A DNA stretch of 64,000 nucleotides from NCBI GenBank assembly GCA_009914755.4, contig CP068257.2, positions 33,504,001-33,568,000 on the forward strand, written 5' to 3'. The DNA comes from the human T2T-CHM13v2.0 reference genome, Homo sapiens. The translations under genes were made by a program, and so were the position numbers. The notes under the pieces are model-generated. The model worked only from the letters and a program-made list of their open reading frames with translations, was not told the DNA's origin and did not search any database. Of the stretch, positions 13,573-25,700 are shown in pieces (position 1 is the first letter of the stretch; each line of letters begins with the position of its first letter).

Positions 13573-16500
13573 TGACCCCAACCACAGCTGAGAGGAGTCC
13601 AGGCCTCAGTAAACTCTCCTGAGAGGGGACCACAAGGAGCTGAGGGTGAGCTGGCTTGCGTTTTTGGAACTGTCTTAATATATTTGAAATTTATGCTGAA
13701 ATCCAGTGTGCCAAGGTCCCTCGATAAAACAGGGGGGAAAAAAGTGGAAGCATATGGTGGTCTGAGTCTTGAAGAAGAATGACTTCAATTATAGAAACAG
13801 GCTGTTGGAGAAATATGCCTTTTCAGCCCCGTCAGTCACGAACCTTTTCCAAATGTTGACATTACGCATGATATTAATATACTATAAAAAATCCATGTAA
13901 AACTGGAAAAGCCCAAACACACCATGCAAAGCCTGAGTCCTGCTAATGCCCCATCAGGATTAGAAGCAAAAATTCAGTTAGTTCTGCCTGCTAGGGTTTG
14001 CAGTGGCTTATGTCAGGAAGTCTATGACAATTTGTCATCATGTAGAAATATGGCTGCATCTGGATTTTTCTAAACTAAGGGAAGCATTTGTACATCAAAA
14101 GTCCTATTAAGGTTTTACTTTACTTTACTATCAAGAACTTTTTGCCTTTTGGTTCTCTTATAGGTTTGGTGGGTAAATCCCCATTTAGAATAAAGGCCTA
14201 TTTCTTATCCTCTGAGCTGGATAAGCTATTCAGGCAGAGAACAACCTTTGAAGTTAAGGGAAACTGTGCTATCAAGCCAAACGTGAAATAAAATCAGAAG
14301 GGGACCCCTAATGCATTATGGAATACAACGCAGAATTTGGCCGAAGGTGATGCTAATTTTCTGCTCTTGTCAATGAAAAACAGACGCCAGGACGACTTGC
14401 TTGCATTCATCTGAATCCACATGGCAGCGTCAGAAAGCTGGTGAGCCTGGTGGGCCGGGGGGAGCTGTGGTCTGGGGCAAGGGCTGGTTCCTTTGTTTTC
14501 CTTGGCATGGCTTATGGAAAAGTCAGAGAAAATGAATTTCAAATGATGGGTCAAAACTCAAGATTTGAAACACATTTCTTCCATCCTGTAGGTCTCATGG
14601 ATCCATGGAAATAATTTTGATAACTTTAACTCCATTTCCAGTTGCAGGTATGTTGTCCATAGAGTTCCATTAAACAATATTTTTATTTCAGTCATTTACC
14701 ATTCAATGAGTCTTTTAAATCCTGTAAAGTCGTGGAAAAAAGTTCAAATTGGCTATAAATGATTACACTAATTTTCTGTTTTCTTTCCATTTCTTTTCTG
14801 GTTTTCCTTTTAAAATTGCCCCTCTTGCCTGCAGCATATTTTGCATCAAAAAATGTATGGAGGATGGAAGACCCTTTTCACGCAGCAGCTGGGACAGAGT
14901 ATTGCTCAGGCAACTTGTTCCCTCACACTAATTTTTGTCTGCATTGTAAAAATATTTTAAATGGTTTTGCATGCTGCATGAAAATGTGGAAATAACTTAT
15001 ACTGTTTGGTGGTAAAATGTAAGAAATTAGACAGATGCATGAATGCTCTTATGGGCAGAAGAGAAGCAACTGCTTTCCAAAAACACTCTGAACTTTCAGA
15101 AAAGGGAACAGTCACTGATTCTAGAATCAGGAGGAAGAATACATAAATGTTATCTGCTGCTCCTTTTGGTTAATTTGGTTATGGAAGGCAGCTTCTGAAA
15201 AGGGTCACACGCACCGTATTTTGGCATAAAAAACAGAATCACAAGGAAGAGAAGTACCTCCCCCACCCCCACTTGGGCTGTGGGAGGACCCTCATCCATC
15301 AGCGTCTCTGGTACAGGGATAGCTGCTGGCTCAGTGGCTCTGGCCTTCATCCTGGGGTCCTGCTGCTGCCAGGGTGCTGTCTTCTCACCTTTTCAAAGAC
15401 CCTCATCTCTACTGTCCCATATCCATCCCTGCTGACCAAAGCAAAACTAGGTTTTTCTTGCTTTTCCTGGGCTGAGCCTCTTATTGTTCCTAGACACAGC
15501 CAGCCTGGTGAGCACAGGCAAACTGGACATTGGAAGACCCAGCTGCACAAAGACTCCTTCCTGTGAGAGGCTTGGAGAAGACTTTGCTCTAGACACACAA
15601 GGGAGCCTGTGGGAAGGTGAGAGAGATATCCCTTCTCATTCCAAGCCTCTACCGGGAGGAAAGGTTGCTCCCAGAGTTGGGGTTGTGGAGCTGTTTATCA
15701 GGGTTGGGTCAGATGGAAAAACAGAGGACTGTATGTAACCTAAGGTGAAGTAAAGAATCTAAATATGCTCAGAGAAAGGCCTGGCCTTTTGCTCTCAGCT
15801 TCTGGGAAGTGATCTGTGCCTTTGGAATGTCATGTCTGATAGGAGTGGCTTTGTTTGCCTGCAGGCCTTGGACCAGCCAGATAGTGACAAGGTGATTTTG
15901 GGTGGGGCCTTGGGTCACATCAACAAGCCTTAGTGAAGATGGGGGCTTTAGGTCATGTGGTCTCAGCTTGGTCTGAGGGGCTGGGAACTGAGCCCAGTTA
16001 CCTGGGCAGCCAGCCATGCCTAGGTGGTGATAAGACCCCAGCGGAGCCCCTGGATGCAAAGGCTCGGGTGGGTTTCCCTGCGTGGTGTGTTGTTGCACAG
16101 CATGCTGGAAAAGTGATGCTGTTGTTATTCACAGGGAGAGGACGATGGAAGCCCTGCCTTTGGTACTCTCTGGGTTCCGCTCTATGTGCTTCTTTCCTTA
16201 GCTGATGTTAGCTGCATTCTTCCCGGTAATAAACTGCAATCACCAGTGAATAGCTTTAGTGAGTCCTGTGCTCCTTCTAGTGACTTATTGACACTGAGTG
16301 TGTTTTTGAGAGCCCCCTGAACTTGAAATTGATGTCAGAAGTGAAGGTGGTTTTGTAGACACTGTGGCTCTAACTTTGCAGTTGGATAGAGGTGGCAGGA
16401 GTTCACCTGTATTTTTTTTTCCCCTAAAGTAGGGTCTAATTCACCCCCATCAAGAGGTGTATTCTAGAATTTGCACACGGACCCCTTTCTTTCTCATTTC

Positions 16501-16622
16501 TGTGCTTTTTAACAGAACCACTAACTCTTATACCCTCTCGGCCATACATTATCCACTCACATTATTTTCATTTGAATCACATACTCACGTTAGTAATTCC
16601 TTCTTACTTGTAGCTGATGAAG

Positions 16623-16664
16623 TTTGTTTGTTTATTTATTTATTTATTTATTTATTTATTTTAG
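16623..16664. repeat. (TTTG)2(TTTA)7 tetranucleotide repeat
   Basis: gtttgtttgtttatttatttatttatttatttatttatttta. Confidence 0.9.
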
Positions 16665-16704
16665 GTTCTATTAACATTGACATACCAGGCCCCCAATACA
16701 TGTG

Positions 16705-17147
16705 AGTTCTCATCTCTATTAGTTTTCTGGAGCTGCCATAACAAAGTACCACAAATTGGGTGACTTAAAATAACAGAAATTTATTGTCTCACAGTTCTGG
16801 AGGCTAGAAGTCAGAAATCAAGGTGTCGGAGGGCCATGCTCCCTCTGAAAACTGTAAAAGAGGCTTCTTCCTCATCTCTCTCATAGCTTCTGGTGGTTGC
16901 CAGTAGCAGTACTGGGCACTCCTTGACTTGTAGATGTATTATTCGAATTCTCTGTCTGCACATGGCCCTCTCCCTGTCTGCACAAGGCATTTTGTTTTTT
17001 TAAATAAGGACAACTATCACATTGGATTAGAGACCCACCTTACTCCAATGTGACTTCATCTTAACTCATTACACCTGCAATGGCCCTATTTCCAAATAAG
17101 GATACTTTCCATGAAACTGGGGGTTAGGACTTCTATACACATACACA
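16705..17147 (+). mobile_element. MLT1-like MaLR LTR (same family as 7943-8312)
   Basis: The sequence '…gctgccataacaaagtaccacaaattgggtgacttaaaataacagaaatttattgtctcacagttctggaggctagaagtcag…gggggttaggacttctatacac' shows the family signature. Confidence 0.5.
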
Positions 17148-17148
17148 G

Positions 17149-17188
<40 letters not shown>
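17149..17188. repeat. (GT)20 microsatellite abutting the LTR end
   Basis: 'gatgtgtgtgtgtgtg…gtgtat' is an uninterrupted run. Confidence 0.95.
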
Positions 17189-17191
<3 letters not shown>

Positions 17192-17249
17192 GGAGGACAT
17201 AATTGAGCCCATAACCCCATCCATTTCCCCTCATGAAAGATAAAGCTAA

Positions 17250-17400
17250 GTATGTGAGCTCCTGCGCCTCAGTTCCTTCCTCTGTGAAATGGGAAAGATT
17301 ATATCACCACTTCCCATCCTGGGAAAGGATGAGAAGAGATACAGCCTCTACATGCACAGCACTGGGCACACAGTGCAGAAATAAGAGCTCATTGTCTCTG
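17250..17400 (+). mobile_element. MIR SINE core fragment
   Basis: The stretch 'cctcagttccttcctctgtgaaatgggaaagattatatcaccacttcccatcctgggaaaggatgagaagagatacagcctctacatgcacagcactgggcacacagtgcagaaataagagctcattgtc' is diverged but collinear with the MIR core and tail consensus 'cctcagtttcctcatctgtaaaatgggg…cttagcacagtgcctggcacatagtaagcgctcaataaatg'. Confidence 0.65.
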
Positions 17401-18938
17401 GGAGGACTGTTTCTAAGTAGGGTGTTTTCTAATGCATTTAAGTTCATTAAAAGCCAAGGTGTGCAACGACACTCCCCTCACCTGTGCTTTCTCGTCCTTC
17501 TGCCACCAGGTGCCAGGGGAGCCAAGAAGAGCAAAACCAAGGAGGCATTGTTTCCTCCAGAGCCTCATTCATCAACTCGCTCTGAACAGTTAGCACGCTC
17601 AGACAGTCATCTTCTGCACCTTGCCTTTCCCTGTGTCTTGACTGAGGGCTTATCTGAGAGCCTTTTGTTCAGGCTCATAATTATTCAGTGACTCAGGAGC
17701 CCACAAGCATTACCCACGGAGCCAGACAAGACCAGCAAGCTCTGAGGACCACCTGTTCCAAGTCATTTCCTGTGTGGGCGGCAACTTCACAGGGCTGAAA
17801 ATACGAGTTACGGTAAAAATGTCTTCAACCCTGGCGCGCTGGATTGTTGAAACTCGATGGAATCTTGCTTGATTATGTTCAGGCCAGACACATTTCATTA
17901 TCATTCTTTGCATATATATTAAAAACTCTAACCCCTTTACAAACAAATGTTCTCAAGGGGCAGACAGCACACCCTTGCCTCATGACATTGCTCTAATAGA
18001 GAAAACACCCCAGTGTTTCACCCATTAGGTCAGATCCACGAACACAGAGTGCAGTTGGGAAGGATGTGGGCAGTAATGAAGGTGGTGCTTTTTGCTCCTG
18101 TGGGTGCTATGGACAGGTGAGGGTTCAAGGATATTAACAACAAATTTTAAGCCATACCTTACACTACATTGGAGCTTAATCAAATTCTCTGTTCACAGTA
18201 TGCCTAAATTGGCCAATGGAACGGAAAAAAAAAAAAAAAGCAACCCACCCCCAAGAGTTATTTATGTCATGTAGACAAAACCTGGGTTCGTTGACTGATT
18301 ATTTCCACTCTCTAGTGATGGTCGTTGCATTTTCACTCTGAGTTGAATTGCTGCATTTTTCCATAAATATATCTGCTCCTCTGGAAGAAGCTTTGTTGCT
18401 TAGCCTTATTGCCCTTCACGTCTGCCTTTCTGACCTCATAGACTGTCAAGTTCTTAGTTGGTGACTAAAGTATAAAAGTAATTTCTTTCTCTCTTTTTTA
18501 AAATTATTAAAGCCACACATGCTCACTACAGAAAAGTTAGAATGTAGATATGTGTGAAGAAAAGAAAAATTAGCCATTAGGCCCACAATCTAGGGAAAAC
18601 TCATTTTGGGCATTTGGATGGCTTTAATATGCATTCACTATTAAATGATGAATATGATATTATACATAGTATACTAATATATTATGATGATGGATCAGTG
18701 CTGATGTGTTTTAACATAAATGTATATGTTAGTAATGCTGCTGTTTTATCTTAACAGTTTTTCAAACTTGCATTGTTTTGCCCTTCAGCTAAAAGGGTAG
18801 GGAATTTGCTAGGGATATAAATTCATTAATCATAAAAATTATGTCATAACAGCCTGCACAGAAATCACAATAGGATGCAGGACATAGATTAGACTAGAGT
18901 TGAGATTCTTGCCCCAACCACAACTGTTCAGGCTTTGA

Positions 18939-19254
<316 letters not shown>

Positions 19255-19774
19255 AGAAAACAAATCATTTTTAAGCACTGATTCTAAGTCAGCATTGCCC
19301 GGTTAAGCTCTTACATTTTCACCAGAAATCAACCCCCGAGACTTAGCAAGTTTGAGTGACCTGTTCCCAGTGGTGCTGTTCTGACGTGTCTGATGTCAGA
19401 TCAGAAGCTCAGGCCTTCCAACCCAACGCATAAACTTTCTTTTGGTATAAGTATGTTCTTTGTATTGCTTATACTAAAATAATTATTTGTTGTTCATCTG
19501 AAATTCAAAGTGCATGGAGGTCCTGTATGTTATCTGGAATCTCAGTGGAATGAACTAGGGGTTTTATAATCAGCATTTGTCCCTACTGCTGAGGCTGTGG
19601 CATGTGAGCTGTTAAGTATTTTGACCGTATCCTTCTGCAAACACTGGACCATTTTGTCTTTCATGCAGCCGACTTATTTATGATCAAGGAGAACGGTATA
19701 GGGAAATAGACCCAAGTTCATATTACAGGAAGATTGTGTGACGTTACAGAAAGAAACATAACCACCTGGTTAAA

Positions 19775-19910
19775 ACCTTAGCTGTGTGATCTTGTACTAG
19801 TTACTCAACCTCGCTGAGGCTGGGATTATGCAAAATGGGGCCAAGCACACCTGCTTCTCAGAGTTTTGGCCATAATGAATGAGGTAATGCATACTATCCC
19901 ATAACGGGCT
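19775..19910 (+). mobile_element. MIR SINE fragment
   Basis: cttagctgtgtgatcttgtactagttactcaacctcgctgaggctgggattatgcaaaatgggg…aatgaggtaatgcatac matches the MIR core. Confidence 0.65.
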
Positions 19911-20045
19911 CTCAGCTGCAAAGGGAACTGTCTTATCTACACTTATAATTTAGTCAAGTCAACTAAAATGCTGACTGCTCCAGTCCCATACCTACCTCCC
20001 ATACACCCCAGTGACTGAAGTCAAAGCCAGCATCACACACACCAA

Positions 20046-20342
20046 TTTTTTTTTTTTTTTTTGACGGAATCTCACTCTGTTGCCCAGGCTGGAGTGCAGT
20101 GGCGCGATCTTGGCTCACCGCAACCTCCGCCTCCTGGGTTCCAGCAATTCTCCTGCCTCAGCCTTCTGAGTAGCTAGGATTACAGGTGCCTGCTGCCACA
20201 CCCATCTAATTTTTGTATTTTTAGTAGAGACGGGGTTTCACCATGTTGGCCAGGCTGGTCTTGAACTCCTGACCTCAAGTGATCTGCCAGCCTCGGCCTC
20301 CCAAAGTGCTGGGATTACAGGCGTCAGCCACCGCTCCTGGCC
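20046..20342 (-). mobile_element. AluS-type Alu, minus strand
   Basis: Poly-T17 is followed by gacggaatctcactctgttgcccaggctggagtgcagtggcgcgatcttggctcaccgcaacctccgcctcctgggttccagcaattctcctgcc … gcgtcagccaccgctcctggcc. Confidence 0.95.
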
Positions 20343-20959
20343 ACAGGAGGCTCATCCCTGATGGCCTCACTCAGGGATGAGCCTTGGACTTTGACTGGCC
20401 CCAATAATTCACAGAGTCATGCCTTCATTTATTAAAAAATCCCTGGGGAATATACTGTCTTAGGATCTGGGGACATGAAATGTATTGTGCCTGGCCTCAT
20501 GCTGCTTATGGTCTAGCAGGGTAGATGGGCATTAAGCAAATGCTTGTGAAGATAAGGATTTTAGCACAAGCTGAAATTAGTGTTATGAAGGCAAAGTACA
20601 GAGTGGTATGGGAAAGTAATGCAGGAGGAGGTGAGGTAGAACTGTGCTTTGTCATCCACACGAGCCCCGATTCCTCCTGTTCCCAACCAGGCGAACATGC
20701 TGTTCATGCAACGCCAACCAAAATTAATGGGGAAAGGGAGTCTGGGGATATAAAAAGTGAGATAAAGGGGCTACTTATTTTTTTTTTACTGTTGTTTCTG
20801 CTTGTTTATATAAAAAGATCCTTTCAACATTTACAGAGCTTTAAAGTATGATGTGAAAAATAAGTACTTTGTACTTATTATGGTGCCTTTCATCTGAGTT
20901 GCTCATAAGCCCTGCAGACATTGCCTCATCCATTTTCAGAAGACTCCTCAAAGGAAGGT

Positions 20960-21105
20960 AAGAAGAGACTCTTGCCCCCACTTCACAGATGCAAAGACTG
21001 AGGCATGAGGAGGTAACAGGGGCTAGGAGAGTAGTGTTGGATCAGGGGCTGAGGTGCCTGGATCCTAGGTCTGGCTTTGCCATTCAATAACTGTGTGACT
21101 TTGGG
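20960..21105 (-). mobile_element. MIR SINE fragment (antisense)
   Basis: 'cccacttcacagatgcaaagactgaggcatgaggagg…gctaggagagtagtgttggatcaggggctgaggtgcctggatcctaggtctggct' matches the reverse complement of the MIR core and 5' region. Confidence 0.6.
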
Positions 21106-21502
21106 TGTGTCCCTCTGGGTTCTTATTAGGAATTTGGAATAGATGATTCCCAATGTCTCATACAGTTTGAAGGATCTGTGATGGTGTCAGGGAAAATGGG
21201 TAAGTGTCACAGTGCTAATTCCTGGGACATAATTCAAGTCTTCACTCATGACTTCAGCTTCAGAATAACATTTCTGCAAGAAGGCCATCCAGAAAGATGG
21301 AGACAATAACTGACTCCTGGAGTTGGAAGGACCCTTGGATGGCTCCGTGTGGCTTAAAATGCCTAAATACCAGAATTGTTGAATGCTTGCTCATGACACA
21401 GGTTCTTGGAACCCAACCCAGTCTGTCTATCCAAATTTATAGGCCAGAGGCCTGAGGAACAATTAATGAAATCATCAAGTCTGGAAAGCACATAGTCCAA
21501 AT

Positions 21503-21676
21503 CAGTGGTCTCAAGCTGGGCTGCACACTGGAATCACCAGGGAGCTTTGAAAAATGGAGATGCCAGGATCCCACTTTGGATATTTTGATTTAGATGGTCG
21601 CAGGTATGTCCTGGGTATCTGGAGATTTTAAAATCGTCCTGGGGATTCTAAGGGCAGCCAAGGCTGAAAACCACAG
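21503..21676 (+). mobile_element. hAT-type miniature DNA transposon (MER-class, 'cagtggttctcaa…gagaaccactg' family)
   Basis: The terminus-like ends are 'cagtggtctcaagctgggctgcacactggaatcaccagggagctttgaaaaatg…' and '…ctggggattctaagggcagccaaggctgaaaaccacag'. The internal structure is palindromic. Confidence 0.55.
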
Positions 21677-22336
21677 ACCTAGATCAAGCTCTCTTGTGAT
21701 GCTGATGAAATGAATGGGCTTGATGAAGCTAATCTCACCCATGAGAAACCATGGGCAGAGCCACTGCTGACTTGGGGGGCAAGGCAGAGCTGGATGCCCC
21801 CCTTCTGACTCTACCTCCCACTCTGTCCACTACATTATGTGGACTCCCATAATGCCTGAGTGTAAGAGTTTTCTTTTTAATATGCAGAAAAAATTTAAAT
21901 TATATTAGGTAAAAAAAAAAATATTAAAAAAATTTAAATTGGGAATTAAATGAAGCATTTAGAAATCAAAATTTTCTGTGTGGCCCCCATCACCACTACC
22001 GATAGCACAAAGGTAGTTGAAAGAAACATAAACTTGGAAAAATACTTGCAACATAAATTATAAAGGGTTATATGAGAACCTTTAGAAACCAATAAGAAGA
22101 TGACTAATTCAATACAAGACTGATCAAAACTAATGAATAGAAAATAGACACACAAAAAATTTTAAAGGGCCAATGAAAACATAAAATTAGTTTTTTATTC
22201 TTCTTTAATTATTATTCTTAATAATTAAAGAAATGTAAATTAAAATATTAGTGACACATTGATACTCATTCATCAAATTATGAATTATTGAAAGATTGAT
22301 AAAATCCATTTGGGTAGTGAAAGCAACTACTGGTGA

Positions 22337-22742
<406 letters not shown>

Positions 22743-25700
22743 TAATTGTATCTCAAACAAATTGTCTTAAGAGAAAAGTGTGTTCAGATGTATACGTAAG
22801 AAAATTATTCATCATAGGATTATCTATCATATCAAACCTTTGGAAATAATCCAATCCTCCATCCGTAAATGTTTAGTGAAATAAATTTTTATTGATCCAC
22901 ATGGTGGAATAACATGCAACTATTAAAAATTGTATTGCAGATTTACACTTGTTGACATGGAAATATGTTCCATATATAGAAGTGATTAGAGAAAGTTACC
23001 AAACTATATATCACAGAAGTTCATTTTTCATGTATGAGTGGCTAGGTTTACATTGACAACAAAAACCTAGGCTTGGGGTCCTCTACTGGTTTTGCCTATG
23101 GTGACCAACTAATTATCTGGGTTTTCCCAGGACTGGGGGGTTTTCTGGGATGTGGGACTTAATATCCCTGAGACAATCCTGAGACAATCCTGAGAAAACT
23201 GGGATGGTTGATTGCCCTGATCTTGCCACTGAGTCACTAGCAGTGTGACTTTGGACAAGGCTTTTCATCTGTTTGTGAAATACAGCACTTTCCTAAAATA
23301 ATGAATTTGAAATGGCTGTGGCTGGAAAATTGGCCCCCACTCTTATATTAACAATGTTTCCATTGGGTGTTGGGATTTGGGGCATTATAAAATTTATTTT
23401 TAAATATTTTTTTAGAAGGTGTACTCATAATTTTCATAATATAAAAAACAATAAAGTCATCTCTATTAAAAATACTCCTATGGGTCAATTGAGTTCTATT
23501 TTCAGTACTAAGATTATGGTAAGGACTATAAAAAGTGTTTCCATAGGATGTCAACCACAAATATTTACTACAGCATACGAGTGGAAACCTAGAGATTCTT
23601 GCAAGAACAAAAGGCACCAGGGACAATTTTCCCCTCAAACTGCCACAATATCTTATGTGAAAAATGACAAATAAATGAACAGAAATTTACTCTCCTGTTT
23701 TGCAGAAATTACAACAATCCTCATATATAGATTCAATGCAGATTAGATTTAAATCTAAAATGGTTTATTTGTACCCAAAGTTAAGAAGGATGCAACAAAT
23801 TATGAACACATTTTCCAAGTGAGTAAATTTTGTTTGAAAACGCCAACCTTGAAAGTTTCTCTATTGATCACTTTTGCATTGCTCTTTAGGTTAAATAGTG
23901 ATAGCTGCCTTTCAGAGAGCCTTATGATGACGGAATTAGTTTACAAAGGGAAGAGTCTGACAGACAAAGGTTTTACTCAGTCTAGAGGGCTCTCTGGAGG
24001 AAGGTTTCTGGCAAAGGCTTAGATTTGTGTTGAGCCTAAAATTTGCATGGTTTGATTATAGATGACAATAGGCAAAAATTTGCCATATGTTCTATGATAT
24101 CAACCATGGCCCCAAAAGTGACTAGGAATAAAACATACTCTTCTTAGAAACGTCAGAATTGCACATTTTGGGAGGCTTGCAATGCAAGGCTAATTCTGAT
24201 GCCCCTAACGCATTCAAAGTCCTGACTTCTTGTAGAACAGGTGTCACTGCCAATTTTTCACTTGTCCTGTAGCAGCTACAGAAATTGGAGGTGTCTTCAA
24301 AAGGCAAGACAATCTACAGGCTTTGCCCTGCAGGGTCCTGGCCACCATCCCTCCAGCAGAATCCAGGCCAGCCCCCTGAACAATTCACCTCAACGCCGGA
24401 TACATTTTTTACTGCTACAACTTTTGAAATTTCCTCCCTAACTTCTTTCTTTGTGCTCTGTTCTCCAAGTCAGGAAAAGGCAGACAGTGCTGAAATGGTC
24501 AACAGTTCTGCCTTTGAAAGGCACTTTGCTTCCTTCTGTGTCTGGAAATTACACCTGGATCTCAAAGCATCATGTGTTGTTTTTGATAAGAAAGTCTGAT
24601 GAGAGTGAGTCCATGGTTTGATTCACATGCTACAATTGCTGACAAGTTTCCACATGAATATTTCAATTTAGTGATACTACTAAGCAGTATATTTTTCTTA
24701 TTTAATTTCATGTCCCCAAATAAATCTTAGGAAAGTAGAAAATGTTTGCAAAATTTTCCTCCACACATTTAGAGTCCCTCCATGCTGGCAGGGTGCCCAG
24801 ACTGCTGCAGAGTTAGAGCCCAGGCTGGGCTGCTGGAAACGCAACTATGGGACGGCTAAGGTGCAAGTCTAGACCTTTCCTGTCTAAAAGGCACTTTCCG
24901 CCCAGAAAGATGAAAATACAAATTGCAATTCCAGATACAGACAATTAAAAGCACTGTGTGTAGTTTCTCTGGATGCTCTAAAAAATTATGTGTGAATGCA
25001 AATGTCTCTCCCTTAAACATTGCTATACAATGATAATGGTTTGGGAATAGAGTGCCTATGTATATATTGAAAGCTTTGAACTTACTTTACTATACCAAAC
25101 TAGTTTGTCAAAATATAACTGTGTCAAAAAGTTATAAAGATGAACCAACCTTTCACTCCCCTTCAAACTAAAATATTAAAATTGATCAAACCCTGACCTC
25201 AGTTAAGGGCTTGGTTCTGCCACTAGCTGGATAACAGGAGACAAAGGATGTCAGGGTCACTCTTCTAACAGTTTGTGTGTTTATGTGCATTTTAAAAAAT
25301 TATGTTCTTGTTTTTCTTTCTCGCCAGCACCCCCCTTTTTTTTTGTAAAGCAACTGATTAAGTAAAGAAAAATCATCTATCTGGTTAGGGAAAACTGGTA
25401 GAATCTGAATGTCACTCACTTCTCAGATGGCAAGGATTTGTACAAAACCTTCATATAACAATTGTAAATTGTCACTGCTGTGTAAGACCGTCAAAAAGTG
25501 AGTGAGGGCTCAGAGACACAGAGGGACTTCTAGCTCGGCTGTATCGCTTTCTTGTTCTGGGACCATGGGCATTATAAGATTTTGAAAACGGTTTCTTCAT
25601 GGGAATAATACTTGTATTTATCTGAGATAATTGTTGACAAATATAAACTAGTAAAGTCACAAAAAATGCTTATGAAGGAATCCGGAATATACTAACTTCC

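Noticed and set aside
17233-17691. A 152-aa plus-strand ORF
   Set aside because: Its N-terminal part is read straight through a MIR SINE core (cctcagttccttcctctgtgaaatggg…). There is no codon periodicity or homology.
23312-23674. Overlapping sense and antisense ORFs (120 aa and 96 aa) in unannotated sequence
   Set aside because: The peptides are low-complexity, there are no domain-like motifs, and the region is AT-rich with short A/T runs. They are most likely chance ORFs in an ancient, unidentifiable repeat.
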